Source: Patescibacteria group bacterium (GTDB taxonomy: Bacteria > Patescibacteriota > Microgenomatia > UBA1400 > PJMF01). From it: 64,000 nucleotides of DNA. Below the pieces are notes generated by a model that was not told where the DNA came from, made no database searches, and saw only the letters and a program-made list of their open reading frames with translations. Positions 51,782-62,518 of this stretch are shown piece by piece (the first letter of the stretch is position 1; each line of letters starts with the position of its first letter). Position numbers and translations under genes: made by a program. The stretch lies in assembly GCA_049322655.1 (NCBI GenBank), contig JBMORP010000002.1:107714-171713 (forward strand), read 5' to 3'.

Positions 51782-52507
51782 TTATTTTTTATTAGTTTTT
51801 TTGCCTTCAAGATAAGCTTTAGCAAATTCATTTAAAACAAACTCTATACTACTGACAGCATCATCATTACCAGGAACTGGTAAAGAGATATTTTCTGGAT
51901 TGGTGTTGGAGTCAATTAAAGCAACTACTGGAACACCAACTTTATTAGCTTCTTCAACAACTAACTGTTCTCTTTTGGGATCAACTACTACTAAACAGTC
52001 TGGCTTACCATTTAGGCCTTTGATACCTTCAAAAAATCTCTCTAAACGACCTTGCTCTTTTTCTAGTTGGAGCTTTTCAAATTTGGTATAACCATCAAAT
52101 CTTCCAGACTCCAGACCTTTTTCAATGTCATTCATCCTTTTGACTGATTTACTAATTTGCTCCCAATTCGTTAACATCCCACCCATCCAACGTTGAGCAA
52201 TAAATAAAGCTCCAGCTTCTGTAGCTGATTTACGAATAAGGTCTCTGGCTTGTCTTTTGGTACCAACAAAAATAATTTTTTTACCTTTAGCACCAAGATC
52301 AAATAGGAAGTTGTAAGCCAAACGAAGCTGTTCGGCAGTTTTGGCCAAATCAAAAATATGCACACCATCTTTGGCCATGTAGATGTACTCTTTCATTTTG
52401 GGATGCCACTTGGCACTGTTGTGTCCAAAATGCATACCAGCTTCCAAAAGATCTCTAAGATCATAATCTGGAGCTTTATCTGGGTAAGTTGAAAAATCAA
52501 CAAACAT
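51782..52507 (-). CDS. rpsB: 30S ribosomal protein S2
   Basis: LLEAGMHFGHNSAKWHPKM...FVGTKRQA. Confidence 0.9.
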   Translation of the reverse strand: MFVDFSTYPDKAPDYDLRDLLEAGMHFGHNSAKWHPKMKEYIYMAKDGVHIFDLAKTAEQLRLAYNFLFDLGAKGKKIIFVGTKRQARDLIRKSATEAGALFIAQRWMGGMLTNWEQISKSVKRMNDIEKGLESGRFDGYTKFEKLQLEKEQGRLERFFEGIKGLNGKPDCLVVVDPKREQLVVEEANKVGVPVVALIDSNTNPENISLPVPGNDDAVSSIEFVLNEFAKAYLEGKKTNKK

Positions 52508-52626
52508 ACTTGTCCTTATTTAACCGATTTTTGTCGGTTTCTCCCCTATCACCATAATCAGGACGCTGTCAAAGTGAATCAGGGCTATTTATTAAATACT
52601 TATTAAGAGTTTGGATTATATCACAG

Positions 52627-53547
52627 CTAACTATTTTTTCCCAAGTAAATTGCATTTTCCATCAAGCTGATCACTGTCATTGGTCCTACTCCACCAGGAA
52701 CCGGTGTAATCGCTCTAGCTTTGCCAATCACTGAGGCTGTATCTACATCTCCATAAGGTTCACCTACATCAATCACTACTACCCCATCTTTAATCAGGTC
52801 TCCAGTAATTAAGTTTTTTCTACCAGTAGCGGTTACAATTACATCTGCATCTTTTAGGTTATTTCCTTGTTCAATTCTTTGATTTAATTCCTGTGAACCA
52901 ATTATTTCAACTTTACATTTTTTTGCAGATAAAATGCTAAATAATGGTTGGCCAAGTAAATCTGACTTACCCAAAATAACAGTTTTCAGCTGATTGTTTC
53001 TAAGATAAGCAAATAACTGATCAGTCTGAAAAGCTTGTTCCAAAAGTCTAATCGTCGCCTGACAAGTAGCTGGCAAAACCCTTCCTTGCGCTCGCCAATC
53101 ACCAGTTTTAATGGCTGTTAAATTGGATGGATGTAGACCATCAACATCTTTTTTAGGAGTCAAACAACAAACTAGTTGCCGCCACCAGTAATCAAATTTA
53201 TCTTTACCTTCTTCAGTTGTTAATTGAAAAGCATTTAACCAAGTTTTACGCCAAGGTTTTTGAATAATAATACCGGTGACATTATCGTCTCGGTTAAGTT
53301 GCTGAATCTGGGTTAACACTTGATCAAATTTAGTTTTAACCGAAAAAGAAAAAACTTGATACTCTATGCCCAAACTTTCAGCCATTTCTTTTTTTAGTTG
53401 AGTATAAAGTTGGCTACCTTTATCTTCTTCAAACAAAATAGCAGCTACTACTATTTTTTTATTCAAGTTGGAGTTTATCAATTCATTAACTAAATGTTGC
53501 TGAATTTTGTTTGCCAGCTGATAACCATCAATAATTTGCGTTTGCAT
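52627..53547 (-). CDS. folD: bifunctional methylenetetrahydrofolate dehydrogenase/cyclohydrolase
   Basis: TPVPGGVGPMTVISLMENA. Rossmann fold. Confidence 0.85.
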   Translation of the reverse strand: MQTQIIDGYQLANKIQQHLVNELINSNLNKKIVVAAILFEEDKGSQLYTQLKKEMAESLGIEYQVFSFSVKTKFDQVLTQIQQLNRDDNVTGIIIQKPWRKTWLNAFQLTTEEGKDKFDYWWRQLVCCLTPKKDVDGLHPSNLTAIKTGDWRAQGRVLPATCQATIRLLEQAFQTDQLFAYLRNNQLKTVILGKSDLLGQPLFSILSAKKCKVEIIGSQELNQRIEQGNNLKDADVIVTATGRKNLITGDLIKDGVVVIDVGEPYGDVDTASVIGKARAITPVPGGVGPMTVISLMENAIYLGKNS

Positions 53548-53570
53548 CGGCTTATTTTAACATTATTTAA

Positions 53571-54410
53571 TTACTTAACTAATTTCCATAATCTGGTGAT
53601 GTTCTCCTCATCTGGACCATTGCCATCTGCACCTGGAACTTCGGTAATAATTGGGATCATGGTTAGTCTCTGGTCATTCAGAAACCCCTTTAAAGTTTCT
53701 AATCCTATTTCTCCTTCACCAATATTGGCATGGCGATCCCGTCCAGAATCAAATTGATCCCGACTATCATTAACATGAAGACAGGCCAAACTTTCAAGCA
53801 GAGATAATTGCTCCATTTCATTAATCACAGAATCAGCACCAACCAATTTTTTACCAGCAGCAAAGCCGTGACAGGTATCAAAACACCATTTCACCCGCTT
53901 AGACTTTAATCGCTCCACTAACCATTTAATCTCGGTTAAATCACTTGCTATCTTGCCGTTTTGTCCAGCCGAGTTTTCAATAATAAAAGTTGAACTACTA
54001 GGAGTGTTTTCTAAGATTACTTTAATTCTATCAACTAAATCATTCTTGACTGCTGCAAAACCTCTGCCTTGGTGACTGCCTAGATGAACCACTACCCCTG
54101 CTCCTTTGATATAAGCATCAAAATTGAGATCATGAATTAAAGCCTGAATAGATTTTTCTACCAACTCCTGGTTATCTGAAGCCAAATTCACCAGATACAA
54201 AGCATGGGTAAAGATTGGTTTAACAAGATATTTTTCTTGATTTGACCAAATTTTTTGGACATCGATGTTAGCTAATGGAGTTCTCCTCCACATCCGAGGA
54301 CTACCCGAAAACACTTGGAGAGCATTAGCTCCAAGAGCATGTGCTCTCTCAACAGCTTTATCTACCCCACCGGCAGTAGATAAATGAGCGCCAATTTTCC
54401 TATTCATCAT
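53571..54410 (-). CDS. nfo: endonuclease IV (AP endonuclease family 2)
   Basis: HALYLVNLAS, IENSAGQNG, CFDTCH metal-binding motifs. Confidence 0.85.
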   Translation of the reverse strand: MMNRKIGAHLSTAGGVDKAVERAHALGANALQVFSGSPRMWRRTPLANIDVQKIWSNQEKYLVKPIFTHALYLVNLASDNQELVEKSIQALIHDLNFDAYIKGAGVVVHLGSHQGRGFAAVKNDLVDRIKVILENTPSSSTFIIENSAGQNGKIASDLTEIKWLVERLKSKRVKWCFDTCHGFAAGKKLVGADSVINEMEQLSLLESLACLHVNDSRDQFDSGRDRHANIGEGEIGLETLKGFLNDQRLTMIPIITEVPGADGNGPDEENITRLWKLVK

Positions 54411-55224
54411 AAGACTTCTCCTCTTGCTGATAAATTTTCATAATTTCTTGATGAACTTGTTCAGAGATAGCAGCACAATACTCAAAATTTTCATCAACTC
54501 TTGTTAGTGGCTGATCATAACTGAGTTTTTCACCAGAAAAATCTGTATACTTACCACCCATTTCTTCAATCATCACTTGAGGAGCAACATTATCCCAGAT
54601 CTTACTTGATTTGTTTAAATAAGCTCCATACTTTCCGGCAACAACCATCATAAAATCATAGGCACTATTAGAACTTCTAATATTCCTGGTACTCAAAACC
54701 AACCCTTCTAAAAGTCTCATTTCTTGATGAGTTTTATCTCTTTGGTTCGGGTGACCATCAATTCCGTAGCTAATTAGAGAATCAGCCAGTTTTTTATCAT
54801 AAACCATAGTAATTTGGTTGCCATTCAACCATACGCCTTGACCTTTTTCGGCTACATAGATTTCTGAAAACGCAGGTAAGGCCACTCCGCCAGCAATTGG
54901 CTCCCCTTGATCTAGTAAGCCTATCATTACTCCATAATGGGGTAAGCCTTGAGCAAAATTACTGGTGCCATCAATAGGATCAATGACCCAAGTAAAATTA
55001 GAGTTTTTGTCAATCACCCCAGCCTCTTCATCGATCACATTAAAACTTGGATACCTCTGTTTTACTTGGTCAACTAAAAACTCACCAATCTTCAAATCAG
55101 CCTCGGTCAGAACTTGATTGGGATCATCAGCTTTGACGGTTGATGAAACCTGACCAAAGTGAGTAGCTGCTATATTGCTAGCTTCAACTAAAGAGTTATT
55201 AATAAAAGTTTGGTAGTTCGTCAT
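54400..55224 (-). CDS. inositol monophosphatase family protein
   Basis: WVIDPIDGTSNFAQGLPHYGVMIGL. Confidence 0.75.
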   Translation of the reverse strand: MTNYQTFINNSLVEASNIAATHFGQVSSTVKADDPNQVLTEADLKIGEFLVDQVKQRYPSFNVIDEEAGVIDKNSNFTWVIDPIDGTSNFAQGLPHYGVMIGLLDQGEPIAGGVALPAFSEIYVAEKGQGVWLNGNQITMVYDKKLADSLISYGIDGHPNQRDKTHQEMRLLEGLVLSTRNIRSSNSAYDFMMVVAGKYGAYLNKSSKIWDNVAPQVMIEEMGGKYTDFSGEKLSYDQPLTRVDENFEYCAAISEQVHQEIMKIYQQEEKSYDE

Positions 55225-55227
55225 AAC

Positions 55228-56547
55228 TTAGTCCCAAGTAAAAAGTGGATACTGTTGAGCAAAAGCCTCTACCTCTTTCCTAATAGCTAGGAGGCTTTTG
55301 TTCTGTTTTGCTTCGGCTCTAAATTGTTTAATAAATACCTGTCTTGCCTTTCTATCGGTTGGCAATTGGTGGTCTTTAACTTCTTTAACTACCTTAGCTA
55401 TCCAACTAGCAATTTTCTTCATTTCGTTTTCTTTCATCCCTCTAGTGGTAACTAATGGTGTTCCCAATCTAACTCCAGATGGGTAAAAAGGTGAGCAAGG
55501 TTCATGAGGAATAGTGTTTCTGTTAGCATAAATTCCAGCTACATCCATAGCAAAAGCCACTTGTAAGCCCATACCCTCACCATAATTAGTTAAATCTAAT
55601 AACATTAAATGTGTTTCTGTACCATCTCCCACTAATTTTAAGCCTTCCGCTTTTAATGCCATCGCTAAAGCTTGAGCATTTTTTTTCACTTGCTGACCAT
55701 ATTTCTTAAATTCTGGTCTCATAGCTTCAGCTGCTGCAATAGCAATAGCGGCTGTTGTTGCGTTGTGAGGACCACCTTGTAAAGCAGGAAAAACTGCTTT
55801 GTCAATTTTGTCGGCTAAATCTGGATCACGATCTAAGCCTCGTTGAGTCACCAAAATCATTGCTCCTCTAGGACCACGAAAAGTTTTATGTGTAGTAGAC
55901 ATGATTACATCTGCATAAGGTACGGGAGAAAGATGCTCACCAGCCACAACCAAACCAGTTACATGCGAAATATCTGCTAATAACCAAGCTCCGACTTCAT
56001 CAGCGATTTCTCTAAACTTGGCAAAGTTTAACTCAAAAGGATAAGCCGTATTGCCAGCAATAATAAGCTTTGGTTGATGTTTGAGAGCCAACTCTCTAAC
56101 CTGAGAAAAATCAATTCTGGCATTTTTATCTAAGTCATATTGAACTGAATTAAAATATTTACCAGAAAAAGTTACTTGAGGATGACCATGAGTTAAATGT
56201 CCCCCTCCAGATAAAGCCAACCCCATTAAAGTATCTCCAGGTTCTAACAAAGCAAACTCAATCGCTCCATTAGCTGGTGAACCAGAATATGGTTGTACAT
56301 TAACATGAGGTACTTTGAATAATTTTTTTAATCTATCTTGAGCCAGTAACTCCAGCTCATCAATAATCTGATTACCCTCATAATAACGACGGTGAGGATA
56401 ACCTTCAGCATATTTACTAGATAAACAACTAGACAAAACTGCTGACACCTCTGGAGAGATGTGATTTTCAGACGGAATCAAGCCAATCATTGCTTGTTGA
56501 CGTTGACACTCTTTTTCTACTAAGGAAAAAACTTGATCTTTTTTCAT
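55228..56547 (-). CDS. glyA: serine hydroxymethyltransferase
   Basis: SENHISPEV, TTHKTFRGPRGAMIL (PLP lysine). Confidence 0.9.
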   Translation of the reverse strand: MKKDQVFSLVEKECQRQQAMIGLIPSENHISPEVSAVLSSCLSSKYAEGYPHRRYYEGNQIIDELELLAQDRLKKLFKVPHVNVQPYSGSPANGAIEFALLEPGDTLMGLALSGGGHLTHGHPQVTFSGKYFNSVQYDLDKNARIDFSQVRELALKHQPKLIIAGNTAYPFELNFAKFREIADEVGAWLLADISHVTGLVVAGEHLSPVPYADVIMSTTHKTFRGPRGAMILVTQRGLDRDPDLADKIDKAVFPALQGGPHNATTAAIAIAAAEAMRPEFKKYGQQVKKNAQALAMALKAEGLKLVGDGTETHLMLLDLTNYGEGMGLQVAFAMDVAGIYANRNTIPHEPCSPFYPSGVRLGTPLVTTRGMKENEMKKIASWIAKVVKEVKDHQLPTDRKARQVFIKQFRAEAKQNKSLLAIRKEVEAFAQQYPLFTWD

Positions 56548-56663
56548 GAATAACGACTTTCTTTTTAAAATACACTTCTACTTGTAATTACCAATGACAA
56601 AATTAACAAGTAGATAAGCTGGAAAGAAATGAAAGTCTAGACTTAATCATGATCGTGATCATT

Positions 56664-57275
56664 CTAACTTGTTTTTCTGTATTCTGCCAGCCAATTTCTC
56701 TGAGATCCAAGTCTCACCATCCGCTCGTCAATTTCTGCTTCAGTCAAACCTTCCTGGGTCCATTTATGATTAAAAAAGCTAAAAGACTCTCTCGATTCAT
56801 AAGGAAAAATAATCCAAGCAGAAGTCTCTGCTCCATAAAAATCAGGTTTCAATACAGAGTGAGGTTTATAAAACAAAGTAGCAACGACAACTTTTTTAAC
56901 TCCAAGCTTTAATAAATGTTGTTTGGTAAATTCTAATGATTTGCCAGTATCAGCCACATCATCAAATAAAACTACAGTTTCACCTTTGATTGAAATTGGT
57001 AAATCTTGGTAAATTTCAGGCTGTTCAAACCGCTGGCCTATCTCTGGCTTGTAAAACTTCACCCCTACACTAGCTACCTCATTAATCCCAGTAAAATCAA
57101 CCAAAGATCTAGTCATTGGCCACCCACCTTTGGCCAAAGTTACAATGCGGTCGGCGGTAATTTTTTGTTTTGCCATTTGCTGAGCAATCACAAAAGCTAA
57201 TTCACTCATTTCATTCCAAGTAGGGGCAATGTAATCAATTGGATCATGATTAAAATTAATTTTGGCAAAGTTCAT
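56664..57275 (-). CDS. type I phosphoribosyltransferase (purine salvage)
   Basis: PRPP-binding VVLFDDVADTGKSL. Confidence 0.6.
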   Translation of the reverse strand: MNFAKINFNHDPIDYIAPTWNEMSELAFVIAQQMAKQKITADRIVTLAKGGWPMTRSLVDFTGINEVASVGVKFYKPEIGQRFEQPEIYQDLPISIKGETVVLFDDVADTGKSLEFTKQHLLKLGVKKVVVATLFYKPHSVLKPDFYGAETSAWIIFPYESRESFSFFNHKWTQEGLTEAEIDERMVRLGSQRNWLAEYRKTS

Positions 57276-57284
57276 AGGTTACCT

Positions 57285-58121
57285 TTATTTTTCTTGTAAA
57301 AAAGCTACTACTTGATTCAAATTTACTGGTAATTCTGCAGAAAACTTTACTAAGTTATTAGTTCTTGGATGAAAAAACTCCAAGGTTTCCGCATGAAGAA
57401 AATGTCTTGAACACCATAAGGGATCGACTTTGGCTCTTTTCTTTCCCAAATAGGTTACGTCTCCTACCAAGGGATGATTTTCATGAGCTAAATGAACTCT
57501 GATCTGGTGAGTTCTTCCCGTTTTAGGCCAACACCTAACTAAAGCAAAACCTTGGTTATAAAAGCGCTCAGCTTGTCTTAAAATTTTCTGTTGTTCTACT
57601 GAAAATTGGTTATAAAAATCAGCAGTAAAGCCACCGAAACTCTTCACCACCTCATAATCAGTTTCTGCAGTTCTACCATTGACATCAACCGCAAATTTTC
57701 TTCTGTCTACCCTGGCCCGAGCCAAAGGAGCCGTAATCGTTCCTTTTGGAACTCGAAAAATTCCATGCACTAAAGCCAAGTACTGTTTAGAAGTTTTTCG
57801 CTGACGAAATTGAGCCAATAAATTGACTAAGCTACCAGGATGCTTGGCAAATACCATCACGCCACTGGTGTTTTTATCTAATCGATGAACTAAACCCTGA
57901 CGTTGGGTAAAAATTTCTGTTGGTTTACCAAACTCAGCAGAAAAATCTTCGGGAACACAAACTTGCCAATCACTTGGAAAAGTACTTTGGTATTTTTTAC
58001 TAAACCAAGCTTGAAGTGAAGGTTGTTTAACTGAATCGGCCTGATTAGCCACTACTCCAGCTGGCTTATCCACTACTAAAATATCTTGATCCTCAAAAAT
58101 TATTTTTATTTCTTGTTCCAT
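57285..58121 (-). CDS. RluA-family pseudouridine synthase
   Basis: HRLDKNTSGVMVFAK catalytic motif. Confidence 0.8.
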   Translation of the reverse strand: MEQEIKIIFEDQDILVVDKPAGVVANQADSVKQPSLQAWFSKKYQSTFPSDWQVCVPEDFSAEFGKPTEIFTQRQGLVHRLDKNTSGVMVFAKHPGSLVNLLAQFRQRKTSKQYLALVHGIFRVPKGTITAPLARARVDRRKFAVDVNGRTAETDYEVVKSFGGFTADFYNQFSVEQQKILRQAERFYNQGFALVRCWPKTGRTHQIRVHLAHENHPLVGDVTYLGKKRAKVDPLWCSRHFLHAETLEFFHPRTNNLVKFSAELPVNLNQVVAFLQEK

Positions 58122-58504
58122 ATTTCAAAGTATATTATGCCTAATAACCCAATTGTTATCCAGACATCTGCTAGATTATTACTAAAATTAAAAATTGGCC
58201 ATTGCCACCAATCTCTCACTCCTCCCAAAAACAATCTATCAAATAAATTACTCACTGCTCCAGCCAAAAAAAAGATTGACATTAATCTTTTTAAGAAAAA
58301 CTGAGTTTTGCTGATAAACTCAATCGCAAACCAAACTCCAACTAATAAAATCACCAATAACCACGGCTCTAAACCACTTGCTAAACCAAAACTTATGCCA
58401 CTATTAATATGGGTAATTGGAAAAACAAACTTAGTTAATTGATCAACCAAGACCAAAAAAAGAAAAATCGCACTCAACTTAATTAAAGGAGCTAGCTTCT
58501 TCAT
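58106..58504 (-). CDS. lspA: lipoprotein signal peptidase (SPase II), short
   Basis: DQLTK, NSGISFG, SNLFDRL...GGVRDW, FNLADVWI. Confidence 0.7.
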   Translation of the reverse strand: MKKLAPLIKLSAIFLFLVLVDQLTKFVFPITHINSGISFGLASGLEPWLLVILLVGVWFAIEFISKTQFFLKRLMSIFFLAGAVSNLFDRLFLGGVRDWWQWPIFNFSNNLADVWITIGLLGIIYFEIWNKK

Positions 58505-59331
58505 TCAAGCGGGTCTTTTCTCTTTTTTTTAAACAATTTTTCTTTTAAAGCAACCGGTAATAAAGGCTTGTCTGATCTGGCTAATAACATTTTGATTCCA
58601 AAGAAAAAAATCACTAAATAAAGCCATAAATCTAGTGTTTTACCCATCATTACAAACTCTGGTAAACGAAAAAGCAGCATCACTGAAGAAAACAAAGCTA
58701 AAAAGATAAAAAAGTTACTAATCATAAATCCGGTTTGAGCAGCTTTTTTGCCCAAACGATACCAATCAAAAGTGCGGTAGTTTTTTTCTGCCCAAGTTAA
58801 ATACCAATGTAACAACAAAAAGAAAACCAAAGAATAAAGCTGAACTGGATGAGTTTTATCGATTGCACCAGGAAAAATCACCCCAACAAAACTATTAGTT
58901 AGATAACCTCTGGCATTACCAGCCAAAAACTCTCCTAAGCTAGTCACTACCATCCACATTGTCAAAGATAAAGACCAAAAATCCAAAACTTCGTAGTTAT
59001 CCCACTTTTTCTTTTTAGCAAAATTATTTAAAAATAAAGTAGAAACAACCAATAACACTAATTTATGAGAACCTGGATTACCAATAAAGTTTAACCACTG
59101 AAATAAGTCCAAACCAAATCTATCCCAATGAAAAATAATAAAACTAACTCTAGATCCCAAAAAACCAACTAAAAAAGATAGTAAAAAGCCATCGAATAAT
59201 TGAATCTCAGAATAATGCTCTTCTTTACCTCGTCGCCAAAAAGTAAAGCCTGTCACAAAAAAGCCTAAGAACAAAATCACACTTAAAGTGGAAAGCTCAA
59301 AACTACCAATAGTAAAAATCGTTGGCCACAT
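58501..59331 (-). CDS. lgt: prolipoprotein diacylglyceryl transferase-like membrane protein
   Basis: Polytopic. HPVQLYS resembles the Lgt HPxQLYE motif. Adjacent to lspA. Confidence 0.5.
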   Translation of the reverse strand: MWPTIFTIGSFELSTLSVILFLGFFVTGFTFWRRGKEEHYSEIQLFDGFLLSFLVGFLGSRVSFIIFHWDRFGLDLFQWLNFIGNPGSHKLVLLVVSTLFLNNFAKKKKWDNYEVLDFWSLSLTMWMVVTSLGEFLAGNARGYLTNSFVGVIFPGAIDKTHPVQLYSLVFFLLLHWYLTWAEKNYRTFDWYRLGKKAAQTGFMISNFFIFLALFSSVMLLFRLPEFVMMGKTLDLWLYLVIFFFGIKMLLARSDKPLLPVALKEKLFKKKRKDPLE

Positions 59332-59426
59332 ACTTAGCTATATCATAACAAAAAGCTCATTTGATGGTGAACCAGCTTCATTTCATTCAGCTGGCACTCT
59401 TCCCTATTCCTCCAGGACAAATAAAA

Positions 59427-59452
59427 AAACACCTATCGGTGTTTTTTTTATT
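59427..59452. terminator. bidirectional intrinsic terminator downstream of tRNA-Leu
   Basis: AAAAAAACACC-tatc-GGTGTTTTTTTT. Confidence 0.55.
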
Positions 59453-59454
59453 TG

Positions 59455-59538
59455 TGCCGGGGGAGGGAATCGAACCCTCACGAAGTTGCCTTCATGGGTT
59501 TTTGAGACCCACGCGTCTACCAATTCCGCCACCTCGGC
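59455..59538 (-). tRNA. tRNA-Leu (anticodon CAA), type II with a long variable arm
   Basis: GCCGAGGTGGCGGAATTGGTAGACGCG 5' end. Anticodon loop CTCAAAA. Variable arm about 14 nt. T-loop TTCGATT. Confidence 0.8.
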
Positions 59539-59593
59539 TTCTCTACTCTGAAGACGGCAATTATACTACATTCTCATCTAGACTGAAATAATC

Positions 59594-59863
59594 TTGCTTT
59601 TTTGTCCAAATCTCTTCATAGTAATAACAATGGAAGTTCTACAAGAGATTCTTCAGCAGGCTTTTGCTATTGATAGCGTCTGGTCGATTGTGACCAGAGG
59701 TTTAATTTGGTTGGGCATTGCTTTGGTCGTCATTGTCAGCATGGATAAACCAGATCCAGATAAATCACTCAAAGACCTTAAATCTAACTTGGGTTTTTTC
59801 TTCTTCTTTACTGTACTAACTGGAGGACTAATTTATTTACTCTTTGGCTTCACTGCTGGTTAA
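59594..59863 (+). CDS. small hypothetical two-TM membrane protein
   Basis: ORF with two hydrophobic helices. Weak evidence. Confidence 0.3.
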   Translation: MLFCPNLFIVITMEVLQEILQQAFAIDSVWSIVTRGLIWLGIALVVIVSMDKPDPDKSLKDLKSNLGFFFFFTVLTGGLIYLLFGFTAG

Positions 59864-61188
59864 CCACCCATCTTCTTTTCCATACCATAAAAACGAACCC
59901 GATCACCCCTAAAGAAGAGTTCTACTTCACCTAATGCCCCATTTCTATGTTTGGCGATTTTTAAAGTAACTTGTTCACGAATATCATCATCTTTACGATA
60001 CAAAAACATCACTACATCAGCATCCTGTTCAATAGACCCAGATTCACGGAGATCAGATAATTGAGGCGCTTTTTCACCTCTACTCTCAACTGCACGAGAC
60101 AATTGAGATAAAGCCAACACTGGAATTCTTAATTCACGAGCAATGTTCTTCAAACCTTGAGAAATCTCCGCCACTTCCTGAACACGATTATCTTTTGTTC
60201 TACCATGAGCTAACTGTAAATAGTCAACAACTAACATATTAATCTTATGTTCAGTCATTAATTTTCTGGCTTTAGTTCTCATCTCATAAATACTCATACC
60301 AGGAGTATCATCGATAAAAATCTGAGCATCAGCTAACACCCCCATCGCATCCGAGAGTTTTAAAAAATCTTGTTGATCTAATCTACCTGTCTTCAGTTTC
60401 CAAGCATCAATGTCAGCTTGAGAAACTAACAGACGGTCAACCAACTCTTCCTTACTCATTTCTAGAGAAAACATGCCGACCTTTTTTTTGGAGAGCACTG
60501 ATGTATTTTGGGCAATATTAAGTGAAAAAGCCGTTTTACCAGTTCCAGGTCTAGCCGCTAAAATAATCAAGTTAGAAGGCTGTAAACCAGCTAAGACTCT
60601 ATCCAAATCTTGAAAACCAGTAGGAACTCCTCTTAACTCTCCTCCACTCTTTTGCAGTTCATCAATTCGGTCAAAACTTTCCACCAAGGTATCCTTGAGG
60701 GGAATAAAATCTTTAGCTGAATGGGCTTGAGAAACATTTAATACTTTTTGTTCTGCCAAATCTAAAATATCTTTAGCATTTTTTGATTCATCAAAAGCCA
60801 ACTCACTCATCTCACTACTAAGGCTAATTAGTCTTCTTTTAACGTTTTTCTCCTGAACTAATCTGGCGTAATTAACTACATTAGCCGCAGTTGAAAGGAT
60901 GTTAGAAAGTTCTGCCAATTCAGAAGCACCACCAATTTTAGTTAGTTGTTTTTTCTTTTTTAGCTGAGCAGTTAAAGTAATGACATCAATCGGCTCTCTT
61001 TTTTCATAAAGATCGCGCATCGCTTCAAAAATAAGTTGGTGTTTGGGTTGGTAAAAACTCTCTGGCTCCAAAAACTCAGTCACTTTAACGATTGCATCTG
61101 GATCGATTAATACCGCAGCCAAAACTGAACGTTCAGCTTCTAGGTCATGAGGGGGTAATTTTGCGACAACACTACTCATCGTTTTCAA
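59860..61188 (-). CDS. dnaB: replicative DNA helicase DnaB
   Basis: LIILAARPGTGKTAFSLNIAQN Walker A. N-terminal DnaB domain. Confidence 0.9.
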   Translation of the reverse strand: MKTMSSVVAKLPPHDLEAERSVLAAVLIDPDAIVKVTEFLEPESFYQPKHQLIFEAMRDLYEKREPIDVITLTAQLKKKKQLTKIGGASELAELSNILSTAANVVNYARLVQEKNVKRRLISLSSEMSELAFDESKNAKDILDLAEQKVLNVSQAHSAKDFIPLKDTLVESFDRIDELQKSGGELRGVPTGFQDLDRVLAGLQPSNLIILAARPGTGKTAFSLNIAQNTSVLSKKKVGMFSLEMSKEELVDRLLVSQADIDAWKLKTGRLDQQDFLKLSDAMGVLADAQIFIDDTPGMSIYEMRTKARKLMTEHKINMLVVDYLQLAHGRTKDNRVQEVAEISQGLKNIARELRIPVLALSQLSRAVESRGEKAPQLSDLRESGSIEQDADVVMFLYRKDDDIREQVTLKIAKHRNGALGEVELFFRGDRVRFYGMEKKMGG

Positions 61189-61267
61189 TGTACCATTCTC
61201 CTAATAAGAATCAAGAAGAATTTAATTGATAAATTTGGATTTTTTAGTTATTTCACTCTAAGTTTAT

Positions 61268-61957
61268 TTAAGTCCGTTGAATGATCACTAATTCTTTTTC
61301 TTCTGGCAAACGCTCTTTTTCAACCTTAAGTTTGTCAATCTCTTCGACATTCTCTACTCCAAATTCTTTAATAAACTCACCCAACTCTTGAAGTTCACCA
61401 AATTTTTCTTGGTTGTGAGCTGTAGTTTTATAATGCATTGGCACAATAAAACTTGGCTCTAAAGCTTTGGCGACAGCAACAGCTTGCTTAGCATTAATAG
61501 TATAAACACCACCCACTGGTAATAATAAAACATCGATATCACCAATCTCTTTAACTAAATTTTCATCTAATTCATGTCCTAAATCTCCAAGATGGCAAAC
61601 TCTGATCCCATCAATCACAATTACATAAATTCTATTTAAGCCTGCTTTGGCCCCAGCCTCTCCATCATGAAAAGACTTAGTGCCAAAAACAGACACGCCT
61701 CCCACTTCATACTCACCCAAATGCTCAATTACAAAAGGTCGTTTTCTTCTAGCCGTACCATCAACATCATTGGCGTTATTGTGATCATAGTGATCATGAG
61801 AAATCGTGACAATATCGGCACTTAGACTAGGCATGGTAAAACCAACCCCACTATAAGGATCTGTAATAACAGTTCCAGTTTTACCTTTTAACTTGAAACA
61901 AGAATGACCGTGATAAGTGATAATCATTAAGACTCCCCTTTTTTTAAATATATTCAA
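61268..61957 (-). CDS. metallo-beta-lactamase-fold hydrolase
   Basis: HDHYDH metal-binding motif. Confidence 0.7.
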   Translation of the reverse strand: MNIFKKRGVLMIITYHGHSCFKLKGKTGTVITDPYSGVGFTMPSLSADIVTISHDHYDHNNANDVDGTARRKRPFVIEHLGEYEVGGVSVFGTKSFHDGEAGAKAGLNRIYVIVIDGIRVCHLGDLGHELDENLVKEIGDIDVLLLPVGGVYTINAKQAVAVAKALEPSFIVPMHYKTTAHNQEKFGELQELGEFIKEFGVENVEEIDKLKVEKERLPEEKELVIIQRT

Positions 61958-62053
61958 AAAATAAGATATTTTTACTTATTTAGTGTATTGATGATACCAT
62001 TCGTGACAAATCATTTATAATACGTTTTATACTCTTTGTAAAAGTGTGAGCTC

Positions 62054-62518
62054 ATGAAAAAAGAAATTATTATCGCTATTTTGATTGGTTTGTCTTTAGG
62101 CCTGTTTATCACTTATGGTGTTTACCAGGCTAAGACCGGTATTTCACAAAAAACAAACCAAGATCAAAAAGAACTGGCTTTAACCCCAGCTCCAGACCAG
62201 CAATTTGCTGGGGAACTAGTCATTCACAGTCCAGAAAACGAAATTGTGCAGAATGAAAACACAGTTAGTGTTTCAGGTACTACTTTGGAAGATAGTTTTG
62301 TTGTGGTCTTAGTAGGCAACCAAGAAAACATTACTACTTCAGATGATTCTGGTAATTTTTCGGTTGAAGTAGAATTGAAAGCTGGGGCGAACATCATTAC
62401 AGTTGTTGTCTTGGATGAAAATGGTCGCTCAATCTCGTCCACCAGAACATTGGTTGTCAGTGACGACTCACTAATGTCAGAAGCAAGTGACTCTGCTGAA
62501 GAGGAAAACAATGAATAA
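62054..62518 (+). CDS. hypothetical secreted/membrane-anchored protein (Ig-like beta-rich region, acidic tail)
   Basis: N-terminal TM/signal peptide. Confidence 0.4.
   Translation: MKKEIIIAILIGLSLGLFITYGVYQAKTGISQKTNQDQKELALTPAPDQQFAGELVIHSPENEIVQNENTVSVSGTTLEDSFVVVLVGNQENITTSDDSGNFSVEVELKAGANIITVVVLDENGRSISSTRTLVVSDDSLMSEASDSAEEENNE

Noticed and set aside
59288-59591. Two overlapping ORFs (87 and 76 aa)
   Set aside because: They overlap tRNA-Leu and its terminator. They are spurious.
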